A DNA stretch of 64,000 nucleotides from Klebsormidium nitens. Lineage: Eukaryota > Plantae > Klebsormidiophyceae. The stretch covers positions 62,001 through 126,000 of the forward strand of contig DF236984.1 of NCBI GenBank assembly GCA_000708835.1, given 5' to 3'. The translations under genes were made by a program, and so were the position numbers. This document shows positions 34,201 through 46,200 of this stretch, in pieces (within the stretch, counting starts at the first letter, position 1; the number at the start of each line of letters is the position of its first letter). The notes under the pieces are model-generated. The model did no database searches, had not been told where the DNA came from, and was given only the letters and a program-made list of their open reading frames with translations.

Positions 34201-37200
34201 GTGACTATTCCCAGTCCTGATCTTGCTCCAAGGGGGATCCCCCAGCAACCGTCCGCTGTAGCTCCCTCGGCGTCCCCCTCCAGAATAACCAACACTAGCC
34301 CGCCGGCGTCAGAGAAGGGAATGCAGAGTGCGAGCCTGCCTGAGGGTTCTGCAGGGCCCAAGACGGACAACAAACTGGTGGCCGATCTAGTTGTGGGTAC
34401 GATCCGGGTGCCGCACGTGGAGTCGGTTCCCAAGGGGGTAGCTCCGAGCGGAGTCGCCTTGGTGGTCAAGGCGGGCCCCAGGGCAGCAATTCCCGTGACC
34501 AGAGCTCCTGCCCCTATCAATGAAACGACTCCTAAGAAAGTAGCCCAAGCAGTTGCAGAACCGAGCAGGTCAGAGGCGGCGTCGGGAAAAGTGAAACAGA
34601 GCGGAGAGGCTTCTGAGAAGGCGTTGGTGGATGCAAGGGAAGCGGAGAGAGTTGCGGAGGCCAAGCTTGGAGCGGGTGGGGCTTCCGAGCAGAGCGGAAC
34701 GGAAAAAGCGGAACCGGTAGCAGGGCCTCTGGGGGTCAAAGCAGCAGAGTCTGCCGTGCGAGACGCCGTTAACAAAAGCCCCACACCAGTAACGGACGTC
34801 ACGGTTATGAGGCCAACCGAAGGGAACGAAGAGAACGTGCCGAATCAGACAAAACCTGCGCCGGGAGAGCCGCTGTCGGATCCCACCCCCAGCCCCGAGG
34901 TTTTGGCGACCGCGTCTGGCAAGGGCGGCCGCAAGAGCAAGCCCCGCAGGCTGTCGCTGGTCGCCCGACAACAGCCCCCCAAGAACGAGCAGCCGAAGTC
35001 CGCGCCCAAAACTGCAGTGGAAGAAACGAAAGCGGCGCCAACAAAGGGGGAGAACGAGGTTGGTGGGGGCGAGACTGTTACAAAGAGCGACTCGGCGGAA
35101 GCTTCTGCGGAAGCGGGCAAGGGCGTGGTTGCCCCTGGAGGTTCCCTAGCTGCCGAGGAGAGCGTGAGAAGTGCGGACGTCCCTGCTGTAAATGAGGAAA
35201 AGGGTTCTGAGCCGAGAGGGAAGAAAGGAAATCCGAAGCCTGGGGACGGTTCCGCTGGAGCTGAGTCAACCGATAAGGCTGCCCGAGAAAGCGCCCAACA
35301 AAAGGAGGACGTGGCGGGGGCTGGTGGCCAAGAAGCCGCCACTGCTGAGGCAAGACCTGACACACGAGATACCCCTTCTGTGACGTCACAGGTTGAGAAG
35401 CGCGAGGGGTCGGAGAGTGCGTCAAATATCGCTGAGCTGGCGACGTCGCTGTCTCAGGAAGATTCGACGAGCAAAGTGGGGGCTGGGCAGGATTCGGGGG
35501 GCGGAACGAGCACGGGCAACGAGGCGGGGGGTGAAGGGTCGGGTGGGGACGAGAGCAGGGGTGCCGGCACGGGGCCGAGCCAGGGGGGGGGACCGGAAAG
35601 CGGCGGAGGAGGGGGGGGGGATGAGGGCGAGAAGAAAGACGGGGCTGACGCGAGTGGTAAAGACGAAGGCGGTGTGACGAAGAAGAAGGACTCTCCTGGG
35701 GGCGAAGAGGGGAAGCTCGTTGGGGGCGGACCTGAGAAGAACGTGGGTGACGTCAGCACCCAGAGTGCTGCTGACGCCGGCGCCGAGAGCTCTGCTGACG
35801 TCAGCGCCGGGGGGTCGCTGGAGGAGGGGGCCAAGTCAGCGGAGCAGAGAGTTTCTCCGGAGGAGGAGGACGCGGCAGCGAAGATGTTAGGTACGGAGGC
35901 GTTGGGCGGCGAGAACGCGGATCGGGGCGTATTCAAGGAAAGGCTGTGGTCGTATCTTTTCGACGTAAGTGTTCTTAGAAAGTACTTCTGCTTCAAGTTT
36001 GCATTTCTCTTGCTGCCAAAGGTTCATTTGGAGTTGTTTATAGATTGAGGTTCAAAGAGTGCGAAGCAGTTGTTAGAAGGAACACGATTTGCAGCTAGCT
36101 TCGACTAGATTGTGGCAGCTCTTGCAAAACCACCGCCGTTGACGTTGAAGGAGTCACTGCTTCGTGTGCGTACTCGGTGGGCCCCGATGCAAATGTTACT
36201 GCATGATCAAGTCAACGTAAGTCAACCAGTTCGAGAAATTTGTCGCTCTCTCCAGAGTTGGGCCGCTCGATCGACGAGCTTTACGTTCTTTGCGAGCTCG
36301 AGTGCGACGAAACCCACATGCGCCAGGCAAACGTTTTTCACCGCCAGAGATCCCTGTAGAATGAACAAGTATATCTGTTCCCGCAGAATCTGGGCCGTTC
36401 CATTTACGAGCTCTACTTTCTGTGCGAGCTCGAGTGCGACGAGGCGCACATGCGCGAGTCCAACACATCTGGTAAAATTTCAGTACTGAAATCATATGCA
36501 TCTTCATCGATCTGAACAGACGTCTATCCACCTTTCCAACAGAATCTCGGCCGTTCGATCGACGAGCTCTACTTTTTGTGCGAGCTCGAATGCGACGAAG
36601 CGCACATGCGCGAGGCGATGCAAGTACTGGGCGAGGCGGGGGACGACTTCCGAGAGCTGAAGGCCCGGGTGGAAAAGCAGGACCGATTCGAGCGCGAGCG
36701 CAGGGCCACGCGGGGGCTGCCGGTTGTGCACCGAAGGAACCGGGCGATTGCCTGGGAGGTGAGTTCGTACGGGCTTGAATGTGGGGACAGGTTTGCATTT
36801 CTTCCTTGCAAACGAAGAAGGAAGTAGTGTTGATTACTGTTGGTAAGTTCGACAGTGAGCGCCAGATCGTGAGGCGCAGATAGAGACTTTGCTCGAGGGA
36901 GGTGCTAGAGTAACATATTTTCAAAAGTTTGTTTCAAATTGTGAATTGTCTTGCACATCCTCCGTAGTCAATTCTCGATCTTCTTTCCACATCATCCGTA
37001 TTCAGGCAGCCACAGTCAACAAGCGAACTCAAAAGACGCGCCTTTCTGCAAATTCCTTCGTTGTACGCGTGTCAAGCGCAAGGATTAGTAAGCCCGCTAG
37101 ACGGGTGGGTGACTTCGAGGGGTTAGGGTGGGTACCGGTGCGGAGCAGGTGACGTAGTCAGAGTGTTTGCTCTGGAGCTAATTACTCCAAACGCTTCCTA

Positions 37201-40200
37201 CCATCATTTTGAAATGACGCGCTTTTTTTGCAGGTCCGTCGTACAACCAGCACAACTGAGCGCGCCGAGCTCCTCGCCGCGTCGCTGGACGCGCTCCGTT
37301 TCCTGCGGACGTCCACCGTTTCCCAGCCCCCCGGAAGAAAACCCTCGCTTCCCAGAACACCCCCGTCATTGTTAGCGAAAACCCGGTCGACGTCCCAGGC
37401 GGAAAGTCGCCGGTTGGCAGCCTTGGCTGGGGACGGGGAAGCGACCGGTAGGTCGACCACGGGGGACGCAGAAGCTACCGGTAGGTCGAGCTCGGCGCCC
37501 GGAAAGTTCTCCCCCGTGAAGTCCAGGGAGAAGCGGGACGTGGGCGCTGGGGCAAAATCGGATGTGGGCAAGAGAGAGCCGGGGGCGAAAGGAGGGGAAG
37601 GCGTCGAGAGTGCAACGGCGGCAAAAGCGAGTGATGCTAAGCAGGCTGCGCCGGAGGTTACCCGTGTTGAGACTTCCGGTTCTATTAACCAGAAGGACCT
37701 AAGGAAGGAGCTTTTCGAGGGGAAAGAGAGAGCAGCCAACAAGAAGGTCGCAACTCAAAAGAAGGCCCCAGCCGACAAGAAAGAGCTGGCGGAAGAAAAG
37801 AGCGGGAAGGCGATCGAGAGCGATCGCGTCAGCGACGCGGGGAGCGACCGCGCGAGCGTGCACAGCCTGAGCCGCTTCAGTGACGTCGGCTCCGACCCCA
37901 TGACGTCAGCCGGTGACGTCAGCGGGCGCTTCGGCGTGGCGGCGTCGCTCTCGCGCGTGGCCGCGTGGCGGGAGAAGCGCAACTGGGTGGACCACCTCGC
38001 CCTAGTTTCCTCGCCCCGACGGGCGGACGGGAAGCGGGCGGAATCCGGCCGGAAGCCGGACGGAAAGGCGGCGAAGCGGACGGATTTGCATGGCGAAGCC
38101 GAGCCGGGATTTAGGAACGGTTCCCGGAACAGGGGGGTCGGTTCCGCGGAAAACGAAGGGTTGTCCGAGGAGGGTGTCGGGACGAAGGAGCGGGTTCCGG
38201 GTGTTGTTCCGCTGCCTCCAGCGGATCTGAGGGCCGGCAGCGCGGAACGAGCGAAGATGCTCCACGACAAGCTGATGTCACCGGAGCGGCGCAAAAAGAC
38301 GCCGTCAGAGACACGGGAGAAGGTGCGGTCCTGCTTGAAACATGGACGACGGTTCTGGATGCGACCAAACGAATTATCCTTTCCGTGATAACAAGATCTC
38401 CGTTCATGTACAAGAGCAGAAGATGCCAACCACTCACAGGTTTGAGAGTCCCACTCGGAATGAAGAGTGTTTGAACGGGACAATTGTAGAGAAGAGGATA
38501 TGGCGATGTCAAAACGTTCCTTGCAGTACGCGTTTCGCAAAGCACTCGTGCAACAACAGGACCAGTCCCTCGAACTTCTTTACGCTTCTCCCGTTCGGAC
38601 CTTAAATTCGAAATGTTCCATATTTCAAAGCCGTCGAACCCTAGAACCTATGATTACGCTCAATTCAATGTTCGCCGTCTTTCTGTCCAGGTCGACGAGA
38701 AACAGGCACGCGCAGCCCAGGTGCGGATCGACCTGGAGTCCGAGCGGAGGGCCAAGATGCAAAGAAGCGCGGAGCGGGCCAGCAAGGTTACGGAATGGCA
38801 GGTGCGTTCCGGTGTCTGTTCGCCACTCTAGTTCAAGTCGCATATTCCTGTTTATCTATGACCTGGCAGGATGGATGCATTCAATGTTTTCGCCGAAACT
38901 TGGTTTTGAAGGTACTGAAATCAGCGACAGAGAGCTCTCAATATGTGCGAAAGTCATTAATATACCCATTGCCCTGTAGCACATTCCTGTGTTTTATGTT
39001 ATAGGCACCCTGCCCAGTTGTCGGCGGTTTTAAGTGCGAAGACGGAGTGCTCGAGTTGGTTTTCACTTGGAGAGAACGATTTTCTCAAGCTGACGTCATG
39101 CTTCCGTACGTCAGGAGATCCGCCGCTCGAAGCTGTCCAAGAGCATGGAGGTGCGTCACCAGCAGAGCGAGTCCCGGTATGAGGCCCACTTGGCGCAGAT
39201 CGTCAAGCGGGCCGGGGACGAGGCGACCAAGGTGGGCGTCTGTCCTGTTGCTCGGTCGCCCTTTCCCGTAGCCGGTTTTCCGGTCGGCCGAAGCTTCACC
39301 TTTGCCGCTTTCCGCTTGTTCTTGGGGTGTACTTTCTCCGTGAGAGGTCTGGAAAGAGTGACGAACCGCTTCATGCAATCCGAGAAACCGTCTTGTTGGC
39401 GAGGACGGCAGAATGCTCAAGCTTTGCATTGACTGCATTTGAAGCTTCAATATCATTCATCATAGTATTGGTAACGAAATCGGTGCCAGCAACTTGATCA
39501 AGTCCTTTGGCCTGATCCGTTCGAGAGTCGCTCCATACAGTTTTTCATCAAAAAACAAACTACATTCTAACACTGCGCAGCAAAATTGACGCTTTGGAAA
39601 CCAGACCCAAGTGAAGGTCTTTGATTGTTGCCACGTGTCCAGGTGAACGAGATCCAGTTTATCAATACGATGACCGCCGAAAAGAAGAAGCTGTCAACGC
39701 AGATGTTGTACTGTAAGATTCTGCTTCTGACTCCAGCGTTCCGGCTGCTGCCACGTGTCCAGGTAGACCAAACCAATCCACGAACACGATGACGGCGATA
39801 GGAAGAGGTTATTGGGGAAGCAAATTTTTGGTTGTAGTGATACCTAGATCTGACTTTGAGCGGGCCGCCTGTTGCCACGTGTCCAGGTGAATGAGATCCA
39901 GTTCATCAATACGATGACGGCGGAAAACAAGAAGCTGTCGACGCAGCAGAAGATGCAGGACAGCGAGGCGCGCCGCCAGGAGCTGCTACGAGCGCAGGTC
40001 AAGAAACGGGAGGAAGAAGCGGCCAAGTAAGTTATCGCTTGCTCGCCACGGTAATCTGCTTTCACGGTTCTCTGAAAGTGAATCCAATCATGATAGGCCT
40101 CGGTGTCAGTGTAGTTCGCCTTCTGGTGATGTATCTTGATTCGTCAATCTCTTTGAAGGTACTCTGGTGCTCACTTGAAAGCCTCATACAAGGTTGCGCT

Positions 40201-43200
40201 GCAATCCCCAATCTGCACTTAACGCTTATTTGACGCTTCGGAGCGACGTTTGACCTATAAAGGGCTGTATACTTCGCTGTGAACGTCTGTGCCGCCGTCT
40301 AGCGTATTCTTCCAGTCCCTGCGTAAAGGAGCCTGCCACGCTCTCAAAGCCTTCTCTTAAATAGCCTCTTTGGCTGCCCTATACCACCAACTCCGTTCCG
40401 CCCACCTCATTGCAGGGAGGAGGCAGCCCAGGAACGGCGGAAGCAGAAGGAAGAGGAGCGGCAGCGGAAGCTCTCCGAAGCACAGGTCAGCGAAGTTTTC
40501 GGACGTTCACTTTGGATGCGAGTGCGAACTCAAGGTTGTGTCCTCCAGGAGAAGTCGAACAAAATTCCGTAAAGCGCCCCCGAGCCACAGGACCGCCGCT
40601 TTCAAGGTCTGGAATTGGTTGGTCGGAAGCTGAGATCCCAAACGCATGGTCTCTCGCACGGCGAGCGCGAACTCAGCCATAGTGATCGAGAGCTTCAAGT
40701 CGGGAAAGCCCCAATTTTCGAGTATTCTGGGTTCGTAAGAAATTCATCAGCAACTCTGCCTCTTGGGGCAGTTGCATGTCGGAGGCGCTCACAGTTCTCA
40801 ATCTCGTACTCTGCAGAGGAAGAAAGAGGAGGCTGCCGCGCGCCAGGAGGAGGAGAAGCGAAAGCTGATGCAGGAGCGCAAGGACCGGGCGCTGCAACAG
40901 GTGAATCCGTTTTGCGCGGTTCGACACTTCTTTTTTGCAGTTCTGTCCTCGATCTTTGTCAGCTGGCTTGCATGTTTTATTGTGATGAATAGACGATGCT
41001 CATGTCTCGTCTACCTCATCCGTTCCGTGAGGGCCGAAATGGTACTATACGACGCGAGAACTGCCCGACACTGGCAAAGGGAATTCCGGGTTCTTAGAGG
41101 TCTTCCTTTCTTCGCCCATCTGAGCAAATTCGCGTAAGCAGCCAGGATCAGAATCTCGGACAAAGGTTCAAGAAGAGACATCCGCCTTGACTACTCTTAA
41201 CGATCCAGCCAAGCCTCAGTAAGCACAACCAGTTGCACGACGAGCTCAAGCTGGGTACCCTCTAAGTCTCTGACGAAAGTTCTGTTTGAACGGCCACAGG
41301 CACAGCGAATGGAAGAGCAGAAGCGCGCACAGCAGGAGCAAGCGGAGCTCCTGGGGCAGCGCCTCGCTGAGCGCCTCCGAGAGAGCTCCGCCCGGCGCCT
41401 TCTCTACCTGGAACAGATCAAAGAACGGGCCGCCGTCGATCCGGAACGTCTCAGGTGAGTCAGTGAACGGGACTCTGCAGCTTATAGGATTCTAGGGAGT
41501 CAAGATTCCAAGGTGAAGAATGTCAACTGAACAGGAAGGTATCCTTTGAGCAAAAGTGGACGAGAGCGTTGGAGACGTGGGCAAAAGCAGAGGATTCTTG
41601 GCGCTTGCAGCAAAGTAGTGGAATTGTTGCTTTCTGAATACGGTACTGAGGTTCTTGATCCGTCCGAGCATCGTATCACTGCAAGTGGCCGCGTCTTCAT
41701 CTGCAGTGGCAAAAATCTCTGAGCAACTTGCGGCTACTCAAAAGTTGACAAAAACAAAACGACATTTGGTTTCCTACCTTTTCACAGGCTCGGTCCGGAC
41801 TCGCCGTACGGGCGTCTCAGCCCTAATCGCCTGTCGCCATCACGGAACTCTCCGCTTCGTCGGCCGTCAAGCCGGGACGGTTTCCGTTCCGGTCCGAGGG
41901 TGAGCGGAACGGAACGCACCGGCGGAACGGAGCGGAATGACGCGGCAAAGCGCGTTGCTGAGCCGGCTGACGTCGGAAAGGCGGATACGGCGGCTCAGGA
42001 GAGCGACAAAGCCGCAGAAGTCGCCCCCCCGGTTGCGAGAGAAGCTGCTCCACCGGCGGCTCTAGAGGTTCCGAGCACTACGGAGAAGCCTGCGAAACCT
42101 CTAGAGAAGCCCACGATCGTCATCCCCGCGGACCGGACCAGCGCGCCGGCCTCGAGCGCGCCGAACGACACGTCAGCAGCGAGAGAGGCGCTGAAGAAAC
42201 GGCTGAAGCGAATCCGGCAGCGGTTGGTTCAGAAGAAGCATGAGTGGGTGGAGGGAGACTCGGGGCCGGAAAAAGCGGGCGGGTCGGCAGTGGGCAAATC
42301 ACGGGCCGCGAAGTGGCTGCTCGACATGCAGCGGCAGCAGGCGAAGGGCGGGAACGGCGTGGCGCTGGAGAGCGCGGCGGGGGAGCTCGTCAAGGTGAGG
42401 TCACGGAGTGACGTCAGTATCTGCGGATTTTATCATACGTTGCGAGGTTGTGTCGGCTGGAAAGACGGTATTACATCCTCCAGCCATATCCTGCGATAGA
42501 ATGGTGCGTCTTGTGAAAGAGTCGCAACGAACAAGTTTTCAAAACTAAGGATGAGTCGAAGGTCGTTAGGAGTCCAGCTGCAGTTTCTTACAACTTTTGG
42601 GCGATCAGCGACTTTCCTTGTTTTCCACGCCTCGCCCTTACTGACCCGAAGTCCTTGATTAAAATGTTCATGCGGGATCATTAGATCTCCGTGAGGGACA
42701 ACCATGTGATGCGATTCTAACCTCGTCAATATACGCGCTTTTCTGACATGAGGTCCCTTCCTTGTTGCAATCCACTTCGGGGCTGACGTGTTTTTTCCGT
42801 GATACCCCAGTGTTTGAGGGGTGCAGGAAAAGTCCTCAGATCCTCATTGGTGACGTCTACTACTCAAGTACTGACGTCACCTGTCTCTTCACACCGCAGT
42901 TCTTCGAAGGTAGACCTGAGGAGCTTAACGCCGCACGCCGCGTGGGCCTGGTCGACTTCGCTGCCAGCGCGTTAGTGTCAACGACGCCAATCCCGCCGCC
43001 CCGGGCCGTTGCGGCGTTGCTGCGAGTCCTCCGGGTCTTGCTGACGTGGCCGGGCAACAGGAGGTGAGGCCTGGCTATTTCGTGCTGACGTCATTGGACT
43101 GTAGCATAGGAACTTTGTTATCATTCCCCTTGAGTTGTGAGGGCAGAAGACGTGATCTGGGAGTCGTGACTGACGACATATGACGCTCGAATGTCGAATG

Positions 43201-46200
43201 AAGTGGTGATGTGCCGAGATGCTCTCGCGCAAGCAAGGGCCCAAGGAGAAGCTCTGCGGAAGTTGCACGCGGCAGACTACAGGAGCGTAGGACAGAACCG
43301 AAACTTCCACTTGCATAATCATCAGATTCGCAGCCCAGATAACAGTCAGAAAAGGTCCGGCGACCCAACGAGCTGACGGAGCTGACGTCAGATGACACTC
43401 ACTGACGTCGCTTTCCACTCTTTGCAGCTACTTCATCGCCCGCAACTTCCTACCGCCCCTCCTCCCGATCCTCACCGCCAGCCTGTCCCGCTTCAGTGGG
43501 GCCGTCGCGCCTGGCGAAAGCAACCCCCCGAAAGCGAGCACACCAGGGCTGGATAAGGGGGAAGGCAAAAACGCAGTCGTCGAAAAAGAGGGTCTTGATG
43601 CGGCGATCCTAGAGGGAGTGCTCGCGGTTGCTGCGCTCGTGGTGAAGCATAATTGCGGGGGAGACGAGAAGGTGTCGGCAATGCAAGAGGACTTGGTAAG
43701 CGCGCAAAGCCTTGCACTGTTTGTGGGACAAGAAGTTTTAGGAATGTGTCTCCTTGCTTGATCTTCGCCTTGAAGCGCGTACGGACACAGACCTAAAAGT
43801 CCGCAGGGAGGCCAACAGCTGAGTCCCGTCTATCGAGTCGAGGCTTTGGAAGCCCTTGGAAACAGCGTCCAGGCAGAGCTTGTTTACGAGGTCAAGGCTC
43901 GTCAAATATATATGAGAGCCGGTGTTTCAGGTTTAGTCTTCGGCGTTCGAGAGATCCCATTTCGGATATGGTTTGCGAGCGAACTTGAGCATCCGGTTCA
44001 TTGATCTGTCCTTTTAACTTGCAAAGTGAGCTGACCCAGTTTGCGAATCACATCGACTAGCTCAACCTCAGCCTTCTTGGTTCAACCTTTCCCAACTTGT
44101 GCCCATTCCCCAAAGAGTCGATTCGCACCACCCAACGCCGCCTCAAGTAGCTCAGTAACCCGATCAGTAAACTGGTTCAATTCAACGGCTCCTGCCTTCA
44201 ATTCTCGCCAGTCGGAGTAATGATGTTTGTATCCAGATTATAATCCAAGTTTTGCTGAGGGCGGAAAAGGATTGTGAGACCCTCCGAAGCAAGTTCAACG
44301 TGCCAGATAGCAGCATTGAGAGCCCCCGTCGGGAGCCGGATGGAACACAGCCACGCTTTGAAACTCGCAGGGAGTTGTGTGCTGCGGTCAGCAGACCTCG
44401 ACTCAACATCCAGTAAGAAAAGAATTTGCCGTTTGCTAAAATTCAACTTGAGCTCAGATTCCTTGAAACACTTTGCTAGGTGGAGCTCATCGTGGTTAGC
44501 GAGGTCCCCCAGAAACTGCGCGACCTGTTCTCCATCTTCGACTGCCCCCCCGCCGACGGTCAACTGGGCCCTCTACCGGGCGCCTATGTGGCGAGTCTAC
44601 TGCTGCTGGAAGGTCTGACGAGCGCTCGGGGAAAGCTGGCCGGAGCAAGCGAACTGCCGGTGCACCAGCCAAAAGCGGAGCTGGCCAATAGTCGGGCGAC
44701 CAAAGCGGTGCTGGACGCGGTGGTCGAGACGGGTCTGGTGAGAAACGCTCACCCGTGTGGCGCCTGATTTGGGGGCTGATATGATTCGAAACCACGGTTT
44801 TTTGGATGAAGCTCACACCCTTGATGGGCAACTTGTGGTCTTCCCGGAGCAAAATAAGATCAGATGGGTTTGCGTAGATGCTCCTCTCCGTGTCCCCTTT
44901 CAATGGACAGACGGTCAGCGTCTGGTCTTTTTAGCAGGGTGCGAGAAGCCCGACACTCCAAAAATTCACAAACCCCGAACTCTTGAACTTAAGCTAGAAG
45001 ACCACATGACGCGCCGGGCTCTGTAACGCCCCCGCTACATACCGCACTCCAATACCCCGCATCAATAACCAGATATTTCTGCATCTATTGAGGAGATCTG
45101 TATCCTAGCCAAAGCTGAACAAGTTGGTGATCTTTTGCTCAGGTGGGTCTTCCGAGCCTTCTGACCGCCGTCCTTCTTCGGGCGGCGCCGCCGAAGACCA
45201 CCCCCGAGCAGGCGGCCGCCATACTCCCAGCCAACTTCGAAGAAGTCGCCACTCTAGTTCTCCGCGTGCTCAACAACCTCGCCAGGCTGGACCTGAAGCT
45301 GTTCCAAGCGCAGCTGGTAAGCGATCTGGCCTTTTCCGTTCCTTTCTCGTCCTGCTTTCTCGTGCGTCCTTGTGACAATTTGCAAGCTTCGTTTTTCCTC
45401 TGTGTTTTCTGGAACTCAAGAAGCTGTTCCAAGCTCAGCTGCAATAAGCAACCCGGTCTTTCTCCGTGCCTCTCTCGTAGTTTCTTTTTAATCCCGGTCT
45501 CTCTTGCAGCTTTCTGATAATCCTTCTTTATGCGTCACTTTGCGCTCTCTTTCCACAACAAGTTGTCGTTTCAAGTTTGTATTTCAATGGCCTTTTTAAG
45601 AATCAATGGGTACAGGCTCCAGGCTTTGCGTCCCGTCTTCTTTAATCCTCCATAAGCCCCCGTGCTTTCAGATCTGCAAGAGGGTTGCACGTGACTTGTT
45701 TTATGTTAACAGCAGGTTTTGACGCGTCGTTTTAATCAATTGTTCTGAAACGAGAAAGACCGGGATAGCATACCGAAAGAAGGGCAAAGTCTACAGGCAG
45801 GCAGCATCCACCAGAGTCTGAAAGAGGAGACCGCACGAGACGCTGCCTTTTGCTCCTCTGAAGCCTTTTGCCTGCTAGAATCCGGATTGCTAAATCGCAT
45901 CTTACGAAACTTGCAGCGTCCACTTCCAGCTCCCATAGTGGCTCTCCACTCAAGAGACGGTTTGTGAGACTCTCTCCTACTTCTTTCTGCAGGAATCGTC
46001 AGACCTAAAGGTGGAGTTCTTCCACCTCGTCACGTTCCTGCTGTCCCACTGCACCTGCAAGTGGAAGCAGCCTTCGGACAAGGTATGCAGGCTCTTGTCT
46101 TCAAGTAGTAATTGAACGGTCTACTTCAGAAAGCGATTACGTCCAGCAACGTCTAAGGATTACTTTTGCCCATCACAGAAAGGTTGCACCCCTTCGATCT

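Noticed and set aside
33135-38545. Many long minus-strand ORFs over the SCAPER low-complexity exons
   Set aside because: Antisense shadows of GC-rich coding sequence.
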